NCBI GenBank assembly: GCA_963821095.1
Contig: CAWGCJ010000014.1
Location: forward strand, 1,410 to 65,409
DNA from: an uncultured Acidimicrobiia bacterium
GTDB taxonomy: Bacteria > Actinomycetota > Acidimicrobiia > Spongiisociales > UBA5794
Direction of reading: 5' to 3'
Length of the DNA stretch: 64,000 nt
Shown: positions 28,501-36,812 of the stretch, piece after piece
Layout of the letters: the number at the start of each line of letters is the position of its first letter
How positions within the stretch are numbered: the first letter of the stretch is position 1
Translations under genes and position numbers: made by a program
Notes under the pieces: model-generated
The model's input: only the letters and a program-made list of their open reading frames with translations
Told to the model about the DNA's origin: nothing
The model's database searches: none

Positions 28501-29055
28501 GACCAGGCGACGCGGGACCTAGCCGAAATACCGTCCCAACAGGAACCCCAGCTACAGACGTGGATAGAGGGGTTGCGCGCCGCTATCACGTTCCTGGGTG
28601 ATGATCCGCTTGTCGCGTACACCCAGGCAACAGCAATCGATCGAAGCGGTTTGATCCCGGCCAATGGGGCGTGGGAACTCGGAGTGTGGTCGGCGATCCG
28701 ACTCAAAGACGCGACGCGACTCGAGACGGCGGCCGAAGGGCTTCGATCCACACTGGGGCGGAGGTTTGTGGTGATACGGCAAACGGCCGCCGCGGCCCTG
28801 ACTGCGCTAGAGGGCGATGTTGATGCCGCAGCGCCCATGTTCGTGTCGGCAATCGAGCATTGCCAGAAGGTTGATGGCCCTCTCTCGGCGATGATCCTGC
28901 GGGCGTTGTTCGGCGAGTTGCTGCCCGGCAACGACCAAGCCCGAATCGAGGCCGGCCGGGCCCTCGATTGGTTCAGCGCAAAGGGAGCTGCAGGCTATCT
29001 CGCACTGTTCGCCCACGTATGGCCGTCCTCGGCTGTTTCCGCCGAGACCGGATGA
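25576..29055 (+). CDS. Double zinc-ribbon / class III adenylate-guanylate cyclase / AAA(STAND) ATPase / TPR-like multidomain signalling protein
   Basis: Two CxxC-x10-15-CxxC ribbons (CQACG...CSNCG; CPACR...CSNCG). Cyclase core VSVLFADLVGFT...KFIGDAVTGFWG. P-loop LVGEGGIGKSRLA. Long helical-repeat C-terminus. A TTG at 25558 is an alternative start. Confidence 0.85.
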   Translation: MECQACGAGNEPGFSFCSNCGSALARACPACRTSNGPDFNFCSNCGASLAGGSAGDDEAATGVQPPEDAGERRFVSVLFADLVGFTAFSESRDPEEVRAMLTRYFDLARQVVSRFGGEIDKFIGDAVTGFWGTRVALEDDAERAVRAALELVGAVADLGKDLDIPELSLRVGVLSGETSVGAGGNEIGLVVGDIVNTASRLQSMAEPNSVYVGDSTRALAASSIRYEPVGELDMKGKTSPVTAWRAAEIVAERGGRGRAEGVEPPFVGREYELRLLKDQLHATMDEGRARLISLVGEGGIGKSRLAWELLKYVDGLADVVYWHHGRSPAYGDGVTFWALGEMVRQRARIAETDDQHRAATKLRTTVAQYVSDPEANDWIGPRVAGLLGLEAMPDGEQAELFAAWRSFFQHVAEHGPTVLVFEDLHWADEGLLDFIIELVKRSSGYPILVITLSRPSLLERSPDWGAARRGFMSAHLAPLADGDVAILVRGMAPGILADTVDLVVNAAAGIPLYAVEYVRMLVAGGDLIDDGTGFRQTAEVDSLSVPDSLHAVVAARIDRLGSDERAVVQDAAVLGQSFTLDGLAALSGRSEDELDRIVSQLVRAEILHYDDDPRSPERGQHKFVQGVIREVAYGRLSRGDRKSRHIAVAHHYEGGGAVEFAAIVADHYMRALQIEPDEALASAARASMLAAAQRAFDLHAHRQALTLVRRGLDIPGEDAGRVALWELGALAASHVSEGDVAVGMATEALGWHEGHADSSGVVRAARILGYALLSLDQPADALEAMGPYFVPGEGAAAEMTRLGAELARAHMLAGNSQASADVARDTMVAAEAAGDLEVVVETLNTRGTALLSLGRLQESLALLAGAIQLAAELDSPLSEVRALNNYGVSAAAQGLVADPLLAQRFFEMTQRLGISDFELRGAIWKSQELRLAGDFADAVAFFESLELPPASMWGRVMGADAATSRWASTNDDAVLDQATRDLAEIPSQQEPQLQTWIEGLRAAITFLGDDPLVAYTQATAIDRSGLIPANGAWELGVWSAIRLKDATRLETAAEGLRSTLGRRFVVIRQTAAAALTALEGDVDAAAPMFVSAIEHCQKVDGPLSAMILRALFGELLPGNDQARIEAGRALDWFSAKGAAGYLALFAHVWPSSAVSAETG

Positions 29056-29463
29056 GACGGTTGGGAGTTTGGAGCCGTCGGCAGGATCTGAGCGGGTGTC
29101 AACGACCTTGCCGCCCTTCTGATGGAAGGCCCGTTCCAGCCGGTTGAGTACTCCGGCGGTTCGTGCCGCAGTGTCGGCAAGCGTGTGCGGGAAAAGCGAA
29201 TAGGTGCAGAAGACGCCGACGAGAAGGCCGTCGAAGTCCGGCAAGCCATCGATCCACGACGTCAGACGTTGCGTCGGCTCACCTCCAACCGGCCTGCCTA
29301 CGCGGGTTTCGCAGCCGGCGATCAGCAAGTTCGGAGACCGCACGATCACGGTACCCGCACCATGCCATTGGTTCGACAGTCTCCTAGTTGTCTGCCGAAC
29401 CAGGCCAGTTCGTTTGCTCGCTGCGAGCGCACCGGACGTACCTATGGTCGGTCCGGCGACCAC
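28807..29463 (-). CDS. Possible flavodoxin-like protein; 3' boundary doubtful
   Basis: The first ~125 aa resemble short flavodoxin-fold proteins (NLLIAGCETRVGRP...FDGLLVGVFCTYS...KGGKVV). The last ~80 codons run antisense inside the cyclase gene and look non-genuine. Confidence 0.3.
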   Translation of the reverse strand: MVAGPTIGTSGALAASKRTGLVRQTTRRLSNQWHGAGTVIVRSPNLLIAGCETRVGRPVGGEPTQRLTSWIDGLPDFDGLLVGVFCTYSLFPHTLADTAARTAGVLNRLERAFHQKGGKVVDTRSDPADGSKLPTVSSGLGGNSRGRPYVGEQCEIACSSLCAEPIEGPAGLDSGLVVAGQQLAEQRPQDHRRERAINLLAMLDCRHEHGRCGINIAL

Positions 29464-29487
29464 TCACGGCGATGGTTCGACAGTCCC

Positions 29488-29673
29488 TTAATACGGCCGA
29501 GCCGTCACGCCTCCCAGAAGCACTGACACCAGGATTCCCAGGGGGAACGTTCCCCAGTAGGACAACTCCAGGCCGATGTTGCCGAAGAACAACATGAGCA
29601 GCCAGGTGGCCGGGAGCGTGAAGATCAGGAATGCCACTCCCATGAACAGCAGACCCTTCAGAAAATCTCCCAC
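29488..29673 (-). CDS. Small hypothetical membrane protein (61 aa, 2 TM)
   Basis: GTG start with GAAGGAGAAG about 8 nt upstream. Two hydrophobic helices. Confidence 0.55.
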   Translation of the reverse strand: MGDFLKGLLFMGVAFLIFTLPATWLLMLFFGNIGLELSYWGTFPLGILVSVLLGGVTARPY

Positions 29674-29815
29674 GGTCTCACTTCTCCTTCGATTGAGTGT
29701 TCGTGATGCTACCGACCTGGCTCTTGAATCCTGGGTATCACCCGCGGTCTGCCAAACGCGCCGAGGACGCCCCCCTGAAGGGGCGCCCTGGCTCTCACAG
29801 GATGGTCCGACCGAG

Positions 29816-30922
29816 CTAGCTCAGATAGCCGGCGAGATCCGGCGCCGTCGTGTCGCGTCCGGAGATGAATGCGTCGACGTTCTCGCGAGCATCCGAGTCG
29901 CGGTACTGCACCGGGGGGCTCTTCATGAAGTATGACGACGGTGCCAGCAAGGGGCCGCCGACCCCGGCATCCATCGCCAGCTTGATGCAGCGTACGGCGT
30001 CGATGACGACGCCGGCCGAGTTGGGGGAGTCCCAGACCTCGAGCTTGAGTTCGGCGTTGAGTGGGACGTCACCGAAGGCCTTGCCCTCGATCCTGATGTA
30101 GGCCCACTTGCGGTCCGTCAGCCACGGAACATGGTCCGAAGGGCCGATGTGGACACTGTCGCGCCCGATGCCGTTGTCGAGTTGGCTCGTCACCGATTGG
30201 GTTTTCGAGATCTTCTTCGACTCGAGCCGCTCGCGCTCGAGCATGTTCATGAAGTCCATGTTGCCGCCGAAGTTCAGCTGGTACGTCTGCTCGACCTCGA
30301 CCCCACGGTCCTCGAACAGGCGGGCGAGATTGCGGTGGACGATCGTGGCGCCGACCTGCGATTTGATGTCGTCGCCGATGATTGGCACGCCGGCATCAAC
30401 GAAGCGTTGCGCCCACTCGGGATTCGAAGCGATGAACACCGGAATGCAGTTGACGAACCCGACCCCGGCCTCGAGTGCCGCTTCGGCGTAGAACTTGGTT
30501 GCCTCCTCGGAACCGACCGGCAGGTAGGAGACGAGCACGTCGGCGCCGGACTCGCGCAGCGCTGCCACCACGTCGACGGCTTCCTCTGCGGATTCCTCGA
30601 CGGTTTCGCGGTAGTACTTGCCGAGCCCGTCGAGGGTCGGACCCCGCTGCACCAACACCCCCGTGTCGGGCGTATCGGAGAAGCGGATCGTGTTGTTCGG
30701 CCCCGACCAGATCGCCTTGGCGAGGTCCTGACCGACCTTGGCCGCATCGACGTCAAAACCGGCGACAAACTCGACGTCGCCGACGTGGTAGCCGCCGAGG
30801 TCGACGTTCATCAGACCGGGGACTTCGGTGCCGGGCTCGGCATCCGCGTAATAGGTGACGCCTTGCAGTAGGGAATTGGCACAATTGCCGAGGCCGGCAA
30901 TCGCAACTCTTACCTCGCTCAT
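29816..30922 (-). CDS. ino1: myo-Inositol-1-phosphate synthase
   Basis: [19 protein letters not shown]-terminus and [15 protein letters not shown] are typical of actinobacterial INO1. Confidence 0.95.
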   Translation of the reverse strand: MSEVRVAIAGLGNCANSLLQGVTYYADAEPGTEVPGLMNVDLGGYHVGDVEFVAGFDVDAAKVGQDLAKAIWSGPNNTIRFSDTPDTGVLVQRGPTLDGLGKYYRETVEESAEEAVDVVAALRESGADVLVSYLPVGSEEATKFYAEAALEAGVGFVNCIPVFIASNPEWAQRFVDAGVPIIGDDIKSQVGATIVHRNLARLFEDRGVEVEQTYQLNFGGNMDFMNMLERERLESKKISKTQSVTSQLDNGIGRDSVHIGPSDHVPWLTDRKWAYIRIEGKAFGDVPLNAELKLEVWDSPNSAGVVIDAVRCIKLAMDAGVGGPLLAPSSYFMKSPPVQYRDSDARENVDAFISGRDTTAPDLAGYLS

Positions 30923-30945
30923 GGTGGTTCTCCTCCTGTGAGATC

Positions 30946-31476
30946 TCAGATGGTGCGCTTCGGCTCGAAGCTCTGTCGCTCTGCAGCGATCAGTTCGTCG
31001 AGCCAGGCGATGTCGGCTTCCGTCGATTGCACCGACCGTTCCATCAAAGCCCGGGTGTAGCGGTCGATTTGTTCACGACCTCGTGTCGTGGCTTGGCGCA
31101 GGCTGCGGGTGGACTCGCCGAGATGCTCGACCAGTCGGCGCCGCCGCCGCTCCAGGGTCTTGACCCTCATCGCCGGCTCCAGGTAGCGAAAGAAGGCAAG
31201 GCGCAGATTGAAGCGACGGTCCTCTTCGAACGTCTCGGTGTCTTCCAGCAGCAAGCGCTCGAACTCGGCGCTGCCTGCCGGCGTGATCTGGTAGGCCTTG
31301 CGACGACCGGTGACCCGCATTGCCTCGATCAGTTCGCGCTTTTCGAGCCGGCGCAGTGCCGGGTAGAGCGAGCCGAAGGACACCTTCCAGAAGCCAAGGC
31401 CGGCGAGCTGTTGCTTCAACTCGTAGCCGTGGCGCGGGGTGTCGCGCAGCAGACCAAGAATGGCAAGATCGAGCAT
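30946..31476 (-). CDS. PadR family transcriptional regulator
   Basis: [20 protein letters not shown] ... [19 protein letters not shown]. It lies 23 nt upstream of ino1 on the same strand, an arrangement known from mycobacteria. Confidence 0.9.
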   Translation of the reverse strand: MLDLAILGLLRDTPRHGYELKQQLAGLGFWKVSFGSLYPALRRLEKRELIEAMRVTGRRKAYQITPAGSAEFERLLLEDTETFEEDRRFNLRLAFFRYLEPAMRVKTLERRRRRLVEHLGESTRSLRQATTRGREQIDRYTRALMERSVQSTEADIAWLDELIAAERQSFEPKRTI

Positions 31477-31491
31477 TTGGATACCAGTCTG

Positions 31492-31529
31492 TTATATCGA
31501 ATCGATATAACTATAGCGGTTCGATATAA
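31492..31529. promoter_or_regulatory. Candidate PadR operator: perfect palindrome TTATATCGA-A-TCGATATAA (31492-31510) plus a third half-site TCGATATAA (31521-31529)
   Basis: Read directly from the sequence. It is an AT-rich island in the padR/vanW divergent intergenic region and starts 16 nt upstream of the padR start codon. Confidence 0.55.
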
Positions 31530-31639
31530 CAAGACAACACAACATGAGGCCGGGCGAGAAGCCGGGGCGAGCGGCAACCAGAGGAGGTTGATTGCCGAAG
31601 TGGCTGGACTAGGTCGCTACCCCCGTTACGATTCTGTCT

Positions 31640-33310
31640 ATGTGGCGCAAGTTCCTGCTTTGGGGCGGGCTATTGGTAGGCATCCTCGTCCTGTTGACGG
31701 GGGGCACTGCCGTCGCCCACATGGTCAACGAGGCCGTCTATGACGGCGAGGTGGCGCGCAACGTCTCAGTCGCCGGTGTTGACGTCAGCGGTCTCGGCAA
31801 AGAGGACCTCTGGGAGGCGCTCGACGAGATCGAAGCCGAATGGGGCCGGATCCCCGCCACCGTAGCGGCCGCCGATTTTGAGATCACGACGGACATGTCC
31901 GAGTTCGGCGTCAAGATCGACCGGGTCGCGGTAACGGAAGCCGCCATGGCGGTCGGTCGTGACGACGGCTTCGTCGACGACCTCCGCTCCTGGCTACGTT
32001 CCTTCTTCGGCAAGACCCGCTACGTCCCGCTCAGTTTCGAACTCGACCAGGCGACCACCATCGCCTACATCGACAACCACGAGGAGGCGCTGCGGGTCTC
32101 ACCAATCGAACCCTCATTCACCGGCGCCTCCGGCACGATTGTGGTGACGGATGGGTTTGACGGTGCTCGGATCGACGGTGCGGTCGTGGCCGCGGCCCTG
32201 GAACCTGTGGTCGAGTCAGACCTGCCGCCCTACAGCGTTGCCGTCGACCTCGTGCCGGTACCGCCGCTCACCGATGATGTGAAACTGGCAGCTGCGGTGG
32301 CCCATGGCGAGGATTTGGCGTCCGATCCGATCGTGGTCCGGGTCAACGCCCGGAATGCAACCCTGTACCCCGAGACCATCGAACGCTGGGTCGTGTCCGA
32401 CTGGCAGGATGGCCAACTCACCGCTGTGTTCGACCTCGACCTCGTGCAACGCTCGGTCGAGGGCCTGCTCGGCGACTACGACGACCCGGGATCGCCGCCG
32501 CGCTACACCGTTGTCGGCAACGAGGTCAGCTACACCCTTGGTGCTCCCCCGAAGGAATGCTGCGGCGAGGGTGTCGGCGAGTTGCTGTACGAGGCGGCCC
32601 TGGAAGGCAAGGGCGGGCTGGTCCGGCTTCCGGCCCGGCTCACCTACGAGGACGGCGGGCGGGCAGCCGTTGAAGCGCTCGGCGTCAACGAGTTGATCGC
32701 AGAGTTCACTACCAACCACCGATGTTGCGAGTCTCGCGTCACCAACATTCACCGCATCGCCGACATCGTTCGCGGCTACCTGATCGAGCCCGGTGGCAGG
32801 TTCTCGATCAACGAGTTTGTCGGCCGCCGGACCCGCGAGAAGGGTTTTGTCTCGGCCGGCGTCATCGAGTCCGGCCACTTCACCGAGGACGTCGGCGGCG
32901 GGATCTCGCAGTTTGCGACGACGCTGTTCAACGCGGCGTTCTTCGCGGGCATGGATTTTGAGACGTACCAGTCTCATTCGATCTACATCAGCCGCTACCC
33001 GTACGGGCGAGAGGCAACCATGTCCTATCCGGCACCAGACCTGGCCATTCGCAACAACAGCCCGTATGGGATGCTGCTATGGACGTCGTACAGCGGGACC
33101 TCGATCACCGTTCAGGTGTACTCGACCGAGTACTTCGATGTCGAGCAGACCGGCCAGTCAAAGCGCCGCAGTGGGTTCTGCACCCATGTCAATACCTTCC
33201 GGAGTCGCACCACGCCCGACGGCGAGATCCTCAACGACTCGGTGTTCGCCAATTACCGACCGCGCGAAGGCGTCGACTGCAACGGCAACGAGATCCCCAA
33301 GCCGCCGTAG
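31640..33310 (+). CDS. VanW family protein (N-terminal TM anchor)
   Basis: C-terminal VanW-like region GFVSAGVIESGHFTEDVGGGISQFATTLFNAAFFAGM...YISRYPYGREATMSY. Confidence 0.85.
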   Translation: MWRKFLLWGGLLVGILVLLTGGTAVAHMVNEAVYDGEVARNVSVAGVDVSGLGKEDLWEALDEIEAEWGRIPATVAAADFEITTDMSEFGVKIDRVAVTEAAMAVGRDDGFVDDLRSWLRSFFGKTRYVPLSFELDQATTIAYIDNHEEALRVSPIEPSFTGASGTIVVTDGFDGARIDGAVVAAALEPVVESDLPPYSVAVDLVPVPPLTDDVKLAAAVAHGEDLASDPIVVRVNARNATLYPETIERWVVSDWQDGQLTAVFDLDLVQRSVEGLLGDYDDPGSPPRYTVVGNEVSYTLGAPPKECCGEGVGELLYEAALEGKGGLVRLPARLTYEDGGRAAVEALGVNELIAEFTTNHRCCESRVTNIHRIADIVRGYLIEPGGRFSINEFVGRRTREKGFVSAGVIESGHFTEDVGGGISQFATTLFNAAFFAGMDFETYQSHSIYISRYPYGREATMSYPAPDLAIRNNSPYGMLLWTSYSGTSITVQVYSTEYFDVEQTGQSKRRSGFCTHVNTFRSRTTPDGEILNDSVFANYRPREGVDCNGNEIPKPP

Positions 33311-33391
33311 GCCGACACTCGCTCGTTTTGCCAGGTCGCGAAGGGTTACCGAGAATGCACCCACGCGCCCAGGCAATACGAGGAGGACCCC

Positions 33392-33772
33392 GTGGACATC
33401 ATCATCGACATTCACTCGTGGTTGCGTTGGTTGGTGTTGCTGGCGCTGATCGGCGGGGCCGGGATCGGCTTTGTCCGCAACAGCCGTGGCGAGCCGTGGC
33501 AGGCGGGGTTCTTCTCCTTGGCGGTGATCGTCGTCGACGTCCAGGTGCTGCTCGGCATCATCATCTGGGTCTTCAACTCCGGCTGGGAGGCCGGGTTCTT
33601 CTTCGCAGTCCTCCACCCGTTGATGATGCTCGGAGCCCTGGCGATCGCCCACATTGGTCTGGTCAGGGCCCGAAGGCTCAACGCGCCGCGCTCGAATCTC
33701 ATCATTGCGTGGAGCTTCCTCGGCTCGCTGGTGCTGGTGGTGATGGCCGTGCCCTGGGATCGCCTCACTTAG
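33392..33772 (+). CDS. Hypothetical membrane protein (about 4 TM)
   Basis: The GTG start follows GAGGAGGA. Four hydrophobic segments. Confidence 0.6.
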   Translation: MDIIIDIHSWLRWLVLLALIGGAGIGFVRNSRGEPWQAGFFSLAVIVVDVQVLLGIIIWVFNSGWEAGFFFAVLHPLMMLGALAIAHIGLVRARRLNAPRSNLIIAWSFLGSLVLVVMAVPWDRLT

Positions 33773-33854
33773 ATCTCGGACCGCATTCGGGTCCTTTGGG
33801 AATGTGGGCTTCGATTCGTCGTTGACTACAAGGCACCCCAAGACTCAGGACACC

Positions 33855-34409
33855 ATGACCAACCAGACCACCACCATCCTCGGCATTTCCGGTTCCCTGC
33901 GCCGCGACTCGCACAACACCAAGTTGCTCGGCGTTGCCGCAGATGAGGCTCCGCAAAGTGTTTCGATCGAGATCGCCGACATCTCCGACCTGCCGTTGTA
34001 CAACGGGGATCTGGAGACCGACGATGACGCCCGCTATCCCGAACCGGTGCTGCGATTTCGCCGGCAGATTTCGGCCGCGGACGGTCTACTCTTTGCCACT
34101 CCCGAATACAACTGGTCAGTGAGCGGGGTCCTCAAGAATGCCATCGACTGGGCCTCCCGCCCGGAGACGCCGCTGCACAACAAGCCGGCGGCGATCATCT
34201 CCGGGGGTGGTCGGTTTGGCGGGCTGCGGGGGCAGGAGCACCTGCGCGACATCCTGCGTCACTTCGAGATGAGGGTGGTCGACGCCCCCGACGTCGTGGT
34301 GCCCCTGGTCGGGCGCAGTTTCGATGCCGAAGGCAACTTCGACAATGAGCGTGCCCGTGATCAAATCAAGCGGGCGATGGCCAATCTGGCGGCGCTGACC
34401 CAGACCTAG
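33855..34409 (+). CDS. NADPH-dependent FMN reductase family protein
   Basis: ILGISGSLRRDSHN flavin-binding loop and FATPEYNWSVSGVLKNAIDWASR. Confidence 0.85.
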   Translation: MTNQTTTILGISGSLRRDSHNTKLLGVAADEAPQSVSIEIADISDLPLYNGDLETDDDARYPEPVLRFRRQISAADGLLFATPEYNWSVSGVLKNAIDWASRPETPLHNKPAAIISGGGRFGGLRGQEHLRDILRHFEMRVVDAPDVVVPLVGRSFDAEGNFDNERARDQIKRAMANLAALTQT

Positions 34410-34417
34410 CAACCCCC

Positions 34418-34467
34418 CGTTCTTGCGTACATGGCGGCCAATAGTGGCCGCCATGTACGCAAGAACG
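34418..34467. terminator. 50-nt perfect palindrome (23-bp stem, ATAG loop) between convergent stop codons
   Basis: Base-by-base pairing checked: 34418-34440 pairs with 34445-34467 with no mismatch. It sits between the stops at 34409 (+) and 34480 (-). No U-tract on either side. Confidence 0.6.
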
Positions 34468-34479
34468 CAGGGTGGCCGG

Positions 34480-34956
34480 CTAGTAGCCGCCGCCGATCTT
34501 GCGGTGGTCCCATGAGATGATCTTGACGGGCTCGACGACGACGGCCGTGTTCTTGTCGGCCATGCGCCCAAAGGCTGCTTCCAGTGCCTCGGGGTCGAGC
34601 TCAACCGGCGCGTCGTTGATCATCGGGTAGCGAGCGGCGAGCCTGCCGTACATGGCGAGCACGTAGTCGCGGTCGGTGATGAGTCGGGCCTCTGCCTTGA
34701 TCATCACCCCGCGCAGCTCGGAGTAGTCGAGGCCAGACTCAATCAGCACCGTCAGCTTGGGATTGCGCTGCAGGTTCACGATCTTCTGTGATTTCGAGAA
34801 CGAACGGAAGACGACCTTGTTGTCGTCGACCACGAACCACATCGGGGCTACGTGCGGGAACCCGTCCTTGCCGAGGGTGGCGACTTGAAGCGTCATGCTC
34901 TCTTCGAAGAACGCATGGATCTCGTCGGGGCTCATGGTGATGTCTTTGCGTGGCAT
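34480..34956 (-). CDS. Pyridoxamine 5'-phosphate oxidase (PPOX) family, probably F420/FMN-binding split-barrel protein
   Basis: FFEESMTLQVATLGKDGFPHVAPMWFVVD ... RGVMIKAEARLI, a typical split beta-barrel pattern. Confidence 0.75.
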   Translation of the reverse strand: MPRKDITMSPDEIHAFFEESMTLQVATLGKDGFPHVAPMWFVVDDNKVVFRSFSKSQKIVNLQRNPKLTVLIESGLDYSELRGVMIKAEARLITDRDYVLAMYGRLAARYPMINDAPVELDPEALEAAFGRMADKNTAVVVEPVKIISWDHRKIGGGY

Positions 34957-35146
34957 GGTCCGAAGTTAGCGCACCGGGTTGCCGGTCTGCCGCCGCGGAA
35001 TGTCGCGGGATTCTCTAGTGTTCCTGTCTCATGAGCCGGCACGAGCGACCCTGTCAGGGGCGGTCGAGGCCGCGGCAGCTCAGGTGATGGACCAGCGAGC
35101 GACATCCCCCAACCGAGACGGTGGGGAGAAAGGACACCACGTTCCT

Positions 35147-36052
35147 ATGTCCACCAAGATGACGGCACCGAAGATCCTGGCGCGCAAAGGCGGCGCCAAG
35201 ATCAAGATGGTCACCGCCTATGACTTTCCCACGGCCCGCATTGCGGACCGCGCCGGTGCCGACATCATCCTCGTCGGCGACTCGGTCGCCAATGTGGTCC
35301 TCGGGTATGAAGACACACTCGCCGTCACCGTCGACGTGATGGTGCACCACACCGCGGCGGTTGCCCGCGCCAAGCCGAGCGCCATGGTGCTCGGGGATAT
35401 GCCCTGGTTGAGCTACCACACCTCGGTGGAAGACACCGTGCGCAACGCCGGGCGTCTGGTCAGGGAAGGCGGCGCCGAGGCGATCAAACTCGAAGGTGGT
35501 CGCAAGCGACTACCGATGATTCGTGCCGTTCTCGGTGCTGAGATCCCAGTGATGGGGCACCTCGGCCTCACCCCCCAATCGGTTCACGCCATGGGCGGCT
35601 ATCGCGTCCAAGGCAAACGAGCTGCGGCCGCTTATGAGTTGGTTTCCGATGCCAAGGCACTCGCCGATGCCGGCGTTTTTGCCATCGTTCTCGAGGGCGT
35701 GCCGGATGTGTTGGCTGAGATCGTCACGCGTGAGATCTCGGTTCCGACCGTCGGCATCGGCGCCGGCCGATATTGCGACGGCCAGGTGCTCGTACTCCAC
35801 GACATCCTCGGCATGGGTGGCGGTCAATACCTCCCCAAGTTCGTCCGCCAATACGGCTCCATCGCCGACGACTCGGTTGCGCTCCTGGAGCAGTTCTTCG
35901 CCGATGTCGAAACCGGCGAGTTCCCAGGCGAAGCCGAGACCTATCACATGCCCGCCGAGTCCGAAGAGATCCTGCGCGACCTCAATCAGATGGCCAGCGA
36001 GCCGACCGCAGCCGCCGACGACCTGCTCGCCGACGAAGCCATGGAGCGCTAG
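35147..36052 (+). CDS. panB: 3-Methyl-2-oxobutanoate hydroxymethyltransferase
   Basis: KIKMVTAYDFPTARIADRAGADIILVGDS ... AIKLEGG ... GHLGLTPQS. The ATG at 35147 follows GGGGAGAAAGGA. Confidence 0.9.
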   Translation: MSTKMTAPKILARKGGAKIKMVTAYDFPTARIADRAGADIILVGDSVANVVLGYEDTLAVTVDVMVHHTAAVARAKPSAMVLGDMPWLSYHTSVEDTVRNAGRLVREGGAEAIKLEGGRKRLPMIRAVLGAEIPVMGHLGLTPQSVHAMGGYRVQGKRAAAAYELVSDAKALADAGVFAIVLEGVPDVLAEIVTREISVPTVGIGAGRYCDGQVLVLHDILGMGGGQYLPKFVRQYGSIADDSVALLEQFFADVETGEFPGEAETYHMPAESEEILRDLNQMASEPTAAADDLLADEAMER

Positions 36053-36127
36053 GGCACGGAAGGCGCGGTTCGCTCTCTTGGTGCCCTCCCTCGCCCCTAG
36101 CCCCCATCCTGTAATACCCTCCCGGAG

Positions 36128-36697
36128 ATGCGTTGCCTCGCCATCGCCTCCGCCGTTGTCATTCTCCTGCTCGCTTCTTGTGGCGACGACGATGCGACCA
36201 CGACCACGACCACCACGACCACAACAACCGGCACGGCGTCGACGTCGGTGACGGGCACCGAGGCGCCGGCCTCTCCCAGCGCCTCCACAAGCCCGTCCAC
36301 GACCTCGGCGCCCGAAATCCCCAGCGAGCTCGAGGACTTCGAGGTGGGGTTCGTGACGCTCGACGACGAACCGTGGTTGGTAGCCGTCGCCGACACTCGG
36401 GACCTGCGCAGCAGAGGGCTGATGTTCGTCACCGACCTCGGTGATCTCGACGGCATGCTGTTTGTGTTCGATACGGCGTCGTCAGGGTCATTTTGGATGA
36501 AGGACACGCTGATTCCACTGGACATTGCGTTCTTTCGGGGCGACGGCACCCTTGTCGAAGTGCTCCAAATGGAGCCGTGCGGCGGCCAGGACTCATGCCC
36601 GTCCTACCGCCCCGGGGCGGACTACCGGTACGCCCTCGAAGCGCCGGCCGGTGCACTGATCGGCCTTGACCCGGCTGCCATCTTGGGTGGCTTCTGA
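36128..36697 (+). CDS. DUF192-family lipoprotein
   Basis: Lipobox LLLASC, a poly-Thr linker, then RSRGLMF...GMLFVF...FWMKDTLIPLDIAFF, typical of DUF192. Confidence 0.75.
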   Translation: MRCLAIASAVVILLLASCGDDDATTTTTTTTTTTGTASTSVTGTEAPASPSASTSPSTTSAPEIPSELEDFEVGFVTLDDEPWLVAVADTRDLRSRGLMFVTDLGDLDGMLFVFDTASSGSFWMKDTLIPLDIAFFRGDGTLVEVLQMEPCGGQDSCPSYRPGADYRYALEAPAGALIGLDPAAILGGF

Positions 36698-36812
36698 ACA
36701 ACGGGTTTCCACAGCGGCGCCGGCCAGTTACACTCGCCACGCTTACGAACCCCTGCTCCCGGTAGATGCCGGGGGCCTTTCGCGAGAGCGACTGTCCGAA
36801 GGAGGTACAAGC

